From: Candidatus Bathyarchaeia archaeon | Lineage (GTDB): Archaea; Thermoproteota; Bathyarchaeia; 40CM-2-53-6 | Reading direction: 5' to 3' | Length of the DNA: 64,000 nt | NCBI GenBank assembly: GCA_049513715.1 | Contig: JBEKVV010000001.1 | Coordinates: forward strand, 256,001-320,000 | In this document: piece by piece, positions 59,477-64,000 of the stretch | Position numbering within the stretch: the first letter of the stretch is position 1 | Layout of the letters: each line of letters starts with the position of its first letter | The notes under the pieces: generated by a model | Told to the model about the DNA's origin: nothing | The model's database searches: none | What the model saw: only the letters and a program-made list of their open reading frames with translations | Translations under genes and position numbers: made by a program

Positions 59477-59731
59477 TTGAATTTGGCGTATGAGTTCGTC
59501 GAGGCATTCTCCTCTGTTCCGCCGAGAATTCGAGTAAGCCAGATTTTGGCGGTTATAGGAATAATAGTTGACCTGGTTTGGCGCATCGCAACCAGAAACC
59601 TGTTCCACCCAGATTTCATTGATATTCCAGCAGCCCTGCTTATTGGGTTCTACTTTGGAAAGCACCCGAGGGGAAGTAAGTCTGAGGAGGGTAAGAAACC
59701 GAAGTGGATTCGCCTATCCAAACCCACATAG
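59477..59731 (+). CDS. Small hypothetical membrane protein
   Basis: Two hydrophobic segments and a basic tail; could be spurious. Confidence 0.35.
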   Translation: MNLAYEFVEAFSSVPPRIRVSQILAVIGIIVDLVWRIATRNLFHPDFIDIPAALLIGFYFGKHPRGSKSEEGKKPKWIRLSKPT

Positions 59732-59740
59732 GCGGCGTTT

Positions 59741-60403
59741 CTACCCTAGTTTCTTGAACCATCTGGCCAGGTCCATGATGGTTTCCTCGTTGACCTCGTG
59801 GCCCATCAGGTACTCATGAAATGACACTTCTGCACCAGCGTTTCTTAACAGGTCTGAAGCTTCTCGCCCGAACTTCACCGGGATCAAGTCGTCGTAAGTT
59901 CCGTGCGATATGAAGACCGGCAGCCCCTTTAGACCATCAAGTTTCAACGGCAAACCTGACCGAAGTGGAACATAACCACTCAACGCAACAATTCCCTGCA
60001 CGAAAGAAGGTTCCAACAACCCCGCAGCATAAGACATCACGGTACCTTGGCTGAACCCAAGCAGAACCAGTCTTGAAGGATCCACAGGGTACCCTGCCTT
60101 GACTTCAACCAAGAAGCTCCTGAGCAAATCCAGGCTCTTGCCGAACGTCACCGGGTGTGGTGTCCAATCCTGACCCATGTCGTACCATGCGAATCCCCCA
60201 CCCAGACTGAAAGGGAGGGGCGCACGAGGCGCAATGACCAATGCGTCACCTCTACCGAGGGACTCGACTAACGGCACCAAATCACTGGCATCCGCACCGC
60301 GGCCATGCAAAGCAATGATGGTAGGGTACTTTTCTCTCTTGGAAGGAGGATAAACGACAATGTGCTCGAGTGACGCCCGAATATTCTTGTCAACGCTCGA
60401 CAT
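59741..60403 (-). CDS. Phospholipase/carboxylesterase (alpha/beta hydrolase)
   Basis: LHGRG, GFSQG, HGTYD, GH. Confidence 0.9.
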   Translation of the reverse strand: MSSVDKNIRASLEHIVVYPPSKREKYPTIIALHGRGADASDLVPLVESLGRGDALVIAPRAPLPFSLGGGFAWYDMGQDWTPHPVTFGKSLDLLRSFLVEVKAGYPVDPSRLVLLGFSQGTVMSYAAGLLEPSFVQGIVALSGYVPLRSGLPLKLDGLKGLPVFISHGTYDDLIPVKFGREASDLLRNAGAEVSFHEYLMGHEVNEETIMDLARWFKKLG

Positions 60404-60545
60404 GGAATAACCAATCCGGAGTCTGCAGGCCCCCGAAAAGCTGTTACCTCCAACTTATACCCTTGTTGAAGCAAAATCCACCGAGCCTTTCCTTATTCAG
60501 CAAAGTTTGTTATCGCATTGCCCACAGTTACCTCGGCGCGAGACC

Positions 60546-61658
60546 ATGAGGCTGCACCCTTTCGAGCTGGAACGTTGGCAATCTGTTTGGGAGAACAAAG
60601 TCGAATACAACCTTGCTGAGAGCGGCGTTCACCCCCTTCGCCTGAGCGAGGTTCTTGGAGGCGATGTCACGGCCCTCCTTGACCAGCCACTTTGTTATAC
60701 TCAAACCAATGGTACGAAGGAATTGCGAGACGCGATCGCATCAATTTACCCTGCCGCAGGCCCTGAGAATGTTCTAGTGACCAACGGGAGCTCTGAGGCT
60801 ATTTTCCTAACGATGTGGTCCTTCCTTGAGCGGGGGGCCAAAGTTGCCGTCATGCTTCCCAACTACATGCAAGCCTGGGGCTTGGCGGAGACGATGCAGG
60901 CAAAGGTTCGGGGGTTCTGGCTTCGAGAACAAGAGGACGGGTGGGATCTGAATCTGACTGCCTTGAAGAGAATCGCGAGCAGCAAACCCAAGCTCATCGT
61001 CGTGTGCAACCCAAACAACCCAACGGGCGCCAAAATGCCAGAGGATACAGTTGACGAGATTTGCAGAATCGCTCGCAAGGCGGGCGCTTGGATTCTCTCC
61101 GACGAGGTTTACCATGGAGCAGAATTGGACGGTCAGGCAACCGCTACGTTTTGGGGCAGATACGACAGGGTAATCGTGACTGGTGGCCTTTCCAAAGCGT
61201 ACGGGCTGCCGGGTCTCAGGGTGGGCTGGGCGGTTACAAAACCGGATTTGGCGGCTAAACTCTGGGCCTACCATGATTACACAACCATTTGTCCTACAGC
61301 ACTGAGCGATTTCATTGCCCGAAAGGTTCTGCAGCCCGACAAACGCACGATGGTCTTAAGCAGGACGAGGAGGATTCTTCAAGAGAATTTGCCGATCGTA
61401 ACCGAATGGGTGCGGCGCCAGCAAGGCCGTTTCTCCCTCATGGCGCCAAAAGCAGGTGCAATAGCTTTCGTAAGATACTTCATCAAAATTAACTCCACCA
61501 AGCTCGCGGAGCGGCTCGTAAGAGAAAAGAGCACGTTGATCGTCCCTGGAGACCAATTCGGCTTGGACCATTACATCCGAATCGGCTACGGCTCGCCCCA
61601 AGGCTACTTGAAGGCCGGTCTCTCCCGCCTAGAAGAACTTGTAGGTAGTTTGAGGTAG
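60546..61658 (+). CDS. PLP-dependent aminotransferase class I/II
   Basis: F.LERW..NLAES, NPNNPTG, DEVY, SKAYGLPGLRVGW; ATG 60546 within ORF 60507..61658. Confidence 0.92.
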   Translation: MRLHPFELERWQSVWENKVEYNLAESGVHPLRLSEVLGGDVTALLDQPLCYTQTNGTKELRDAIASIYPAAGPENVLVTNGSSEAIFLTMWSFLERGAKVAVMLPNYMQAWGLAETMQAKVRGFWLREQEDGWDLNLTALKRIASSKPKLIVVCNPNNPTGAKMPEDTVDEICRIARKAGAWILSDEVYHGAELDGQATATFWGRYDRVIVTGGLSKAYGLPGLRVGWAVTKPDLAAKLWAYHDYTTICPTALSDFIARKVLQPDKRTMVLSRTRRILQENLPIVTEWVRRQQGRFSLMAPKAGAIAFVRYFIKINSTKLAERLVREKSTLIVPGDQFGLDHYIRIGYGSPQGYLKAGLSRLEELVGSLR

Positions 61659-61745
61659 AATTTCGTTTCCGAGCTTGGGGAAATCGACCGAAAGGTTTCA
61701 ATTACAGGAACGGAGACTGTTCGCTCTGATTGAGAAGTATCAAGA

Positions 61746-61946
61746 ATGAGTCAGAAAACAGCGCACGTGAAGCTTAGGTGTATGGAGTGTAAGGCAAAGT
61801 TCGACAGCAAGTATGACGCCTTCGACACCGCCGTAATCACCAACGTGGGACAGGTTCTGGACAATTTCATCTTCTGCCAGAAATGCAAAAAGCGTGTATC
61901 TGTCGTGGTCTTCGACATAAGAGCAGCAAACGAGATTACCCGCTGA
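61746..61946 (+). CDS. Small zinc-finger protein
   Basis: CMEC and CQKC pairs. Confidence 0.55.
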   Translation: MSQKTAHVKLRCMECKAKFDSKYDAFDTAVITNVGQVLDNFIFCQKCKKRVSVVVFDIRAANEITR

Positions 61947-62034
61947 GCATGTTCAAGAGAAATTCAGAGTGAAAGCGGGGCTCTGACGGGACACTGAAGC
62001 CCGAAGTGCCTTTGGCAAGTTAGTCTGCGAGTTC

Positions 62035-62928
62035 GTGATTATGAAGTCGAAAGCATCCGAGGTGGTCTTTGCAGCTCTGTGCTTTGTCTGGGGCTCAACT
62101 TGGGTCGCAATTAAGGTTGGTTTGGAATATCTTCCCCCGTTTCTTTTTGCAGGGATCAGGTTTGCTACGGCAACAGTCGCTCTACTGTTGCTCATGAAAC
62201 TAATGCACGCTCATATGCCAAGGGACCGTTCTTCTTGGTCACTAATGCTATTCCTTGGCGTCTTCCAAATCACTGTCCCATACGGTCTGGTGTTCTGGGG
62301 TGAGCAATACATCTCGTCCGGGCTCTCCGCAGTGCTGTTTGCTACGCTTCCATTCTTCGTCTCCGTCTTCGCGCACTTTTTTGTTGGTGAAAGGCTCACA
62401 AAGTTGAAGGTCGCTGGGGTATTCGCTTCGTTCATGGGTTTGGTGGCGATTTTTTGGCGGGACATTGCTGCCTTCCAGAGTGCTGTTGGGCAGCTCTCAC
62501 TGTTTGGAAGTCTAGCTGTGGTCGGCAGCGCCATATCGGGAGGATTGGGCAACGTTGTGGGCAAGCGTCACGCGGAAAAAATCGACCCTGCGGCGAACGT
62601 CTTGGTCCAGATGTTGATGGGAACGCTCGTTCTGTTTTTCATTGACCTCGTGACGGAGAGGGCTTTCGTTACGGATTTCACGTTTGCCGCGGTTGTGTCG
62701 ATTCTTTACTTGGGTGTTGTTGGCTCTGCGTTGGGTTTTGTTGCATTGTACTGGCTCTTGAAGAGGATGACGGCTACGAATGTTTCCCTGGTTACCTTCG
62801 TGAACCCGATTGTTGCTCTGTTACTGGGTTGGGTTGTTCTGGGAGAGACACCCGACCCGAATATTGGGATAGGGGCGGTGTTGATTCTCGCCGGAGTCTA
62901 CCTTACAACGAGACCAAGCTCAACATGA
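62035..62928 (+). CDS. EamA/DMT family transporter
   Basis: WGSTWVAIK...PP...AGIRF; duplicated 5-TM halves. Confidence 0.92.
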   Translation: MIMKSKASEVVFAALCFVWGSTWVAIKVGLEYLPPFLFAGIRFATATVALLLLMKLMHAHMPRDRSSWSLMLFLGVFQITVPYGLVFWGEQYISSGLSAVLFATLPFFVSVFAHFFVGERLTKLKVAGVFASFMGLVAIFWRDIAAFQSAVGQLSLFGSLAVVGSAISGGLGNVVGKRHAEKIDPAANVLVQMLMGTLVLFFIDLVTERAFVTDFTFAAVVSILYLGVVGSALGFVALYWLLKRMTATNVSLVTFVNPIVALLLGWVVLGETPDPNIGIGAVLILAGVYLTTRPSST

Positions 62929-62949
62929 CAATCCTGTTACCTGCGTGAT

Positions 62950-63390
62950 CTAACGGTTGGCGAGCTCCAACGCGGTACCGATGCTGCGAGCGATCTCTTC
63001 CATCGGCGGCTCAATGCCGCGGTAGACTTCAACGATTCCAACCTCGGTCTTCAGAAGAATTAGGTAAGTAGAGTAAGCAGCGAATTTCAGCGTGCGGCGG
63101 AAATCTTGAAGGCTTTCCCTAAACCGCTGCTCTCCGGAAACATGGATTGTGTTGAATCGGACTCGGTCGCCATACTTCTGTTGAATTGAGTCTGCAAGTT
63201 TCTCGAACAGTGGTCTCTGTATCTCGCAACCACTGCAACGGTCTCTTGTGAGAGCGTAAACGTACACCGTCTTTTCCTCCTGGACAAATGTAGCGAAAGG
63301 ATTCGAGCCTGATTGCTCGGCAGCCTTGACAAACTCTTCATAACGCAATCGAGTGAGTGGCATGCTCAAGTTAACTGAACCTCCGCCCAA
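62950..63390 (-). CDS. Thioredoxin-fold protein
   Basis: CSGC motif after a beta strand; start uncertain. Confidence 0.65.
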   Translation of the reverse strand: MGGGSVNLSMPLTRLRYEEFVKAAEQSGSNPFATFVQEEKTVYVYALTRDRCSGCEIQRPLFEKLADSIQQKYGDRVRFNTIHVSGEQRFRESLQDFRRTLKFAAYSTYLILLKTEVGIVEVYRGIEPPMEEIARSIGTALELANR

Positions 63391-63411
63391 TATACTGAAC
63401 CAGTGAAGCGC

Positions 63412-63870
63412 TCAGCCTAGGAATGCGAACGTGGTTCCTAGTGTTACATTATGGCCCTGAACGAACCCTGCGTCAACTTCCAGGACGTAAGTCGCCTTGA
63501 CTGGTGGTTCGAATACTGGGCACCCTTGTGGGGTGCATGGCGGTAGGTTCTGCTGGATGTAAACCACTTGTCTATTCGAGTTGAACCAGATGATGTCCAA
63601 AGGGAACTTCATGTCAATCATCCAGAACCCCCAGAAATCCTCATGGTCGAAGACGAAGAGCATTCCATGGTCAGCTGGCAATTTGTCTCTGCCCGAGAGG
63701 CCTTTTGCTTGTTCGGTGGAGGTTTTCGCAATTTCCACAGTTAGTGTCACCCCTGCGATTCTGATTTGAGGAGCGTTATTGCTGGGTGGTCGCATCAAGA
63801 GGTAGGCCGCCGATAGAGTTGAGACTAGAACCAATGCAAGAACCGCGCCGATGATGATGCGCTTTCTCAA
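63412..63870 (-). CDS. DUF192 family protein
   Basis: VEIA...GLSGR..GMLFVF..FWM.DMKFPLDII, YVLEV.AG; N-terminal anchor. Confidence 0.9.
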   Translation of the reverse strand: MRKRIIIGAVLALVLVSTLSAAYLLMRPPSNNAPQIRIAGVTLTVEIAKTSTEQAKGLSGRDKLPADHGMLFVFDHEDFWGFWMIDMKFPLDIIWFNSNRQVVYIQQNLPPCTPQGCPVFEPPVKATYVLEVDAGFVQGHNVTLGTTFAFLG

Positions 63871-64000
63871 TTGCTATGCACCTTGCCAATTCCGAACTCA
63901 ATCGATATCTTTGGCAATTGCCCAGTGATTGTGGGGAAGAAATTCCTTTCGTTTGATCCTGTGGAAGTGCTCTGCGACTAGCCTTTCTTTGCCCCTAGGT

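Noticed and set aside
1..64000. CRISPR array, rRNA genes or intact transposase
   Set aside because: No regularly spaced repeats, rRNA-like sequence or transposase motifs seen

Overview
Archaeal chromosomal window. The gene content (Hjc-like resolvase, TrpB2, TATA-like promoters, BHB-type tRNA introns) suggests a TACK-type lineage such as Bathyarchaeia, but this is inference. Most genes are metabolic, regulatory or transport genes: a GAF/PAS histidine kinase with response regulator, trpB2, DUF72 plus DNA polymerase IV, rpiA, pgk, ppa, ino1 and aminotransferases. There are four intron-containing tRNA genes (Thr-GGT, Met-CAT, Thr-TGT, Pro-TGG). The standout is a eukaryote-like ubiquitin conjugation locus at about 19.5-26.4 kb. 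It encodes a ubiquitin-like protein ending in GG, a UBC-type E2, an E1 with an extra N-terminal ubiquitin-like domain, and a JAB/MPN+ isopeptidase fused to a transmembrane helix and a predicted extracellular Ig-like region. It also encodes two zinc-ribbon + B-box-like proteins (one membrane-bound) where a RING E3 would be expected, and a convergent surface protein with a cytoplasmic zinc ribbon and winged helix. Other observations: a probable ~9 kb island at tRNA-Thr(TGT), bounded by a 12-bp direct repeat beside a decayed tyrosine integrase and carrying glycerate kinase, a divergent enolase and a LarA homolog; PIP-box-like tails on DUF72 and Pol IV; a tandem palindromic operator at an ArsR gene; and possible heme-copper oxidase remnants. 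All calls come from motif recognition by eye; no database searches were run.
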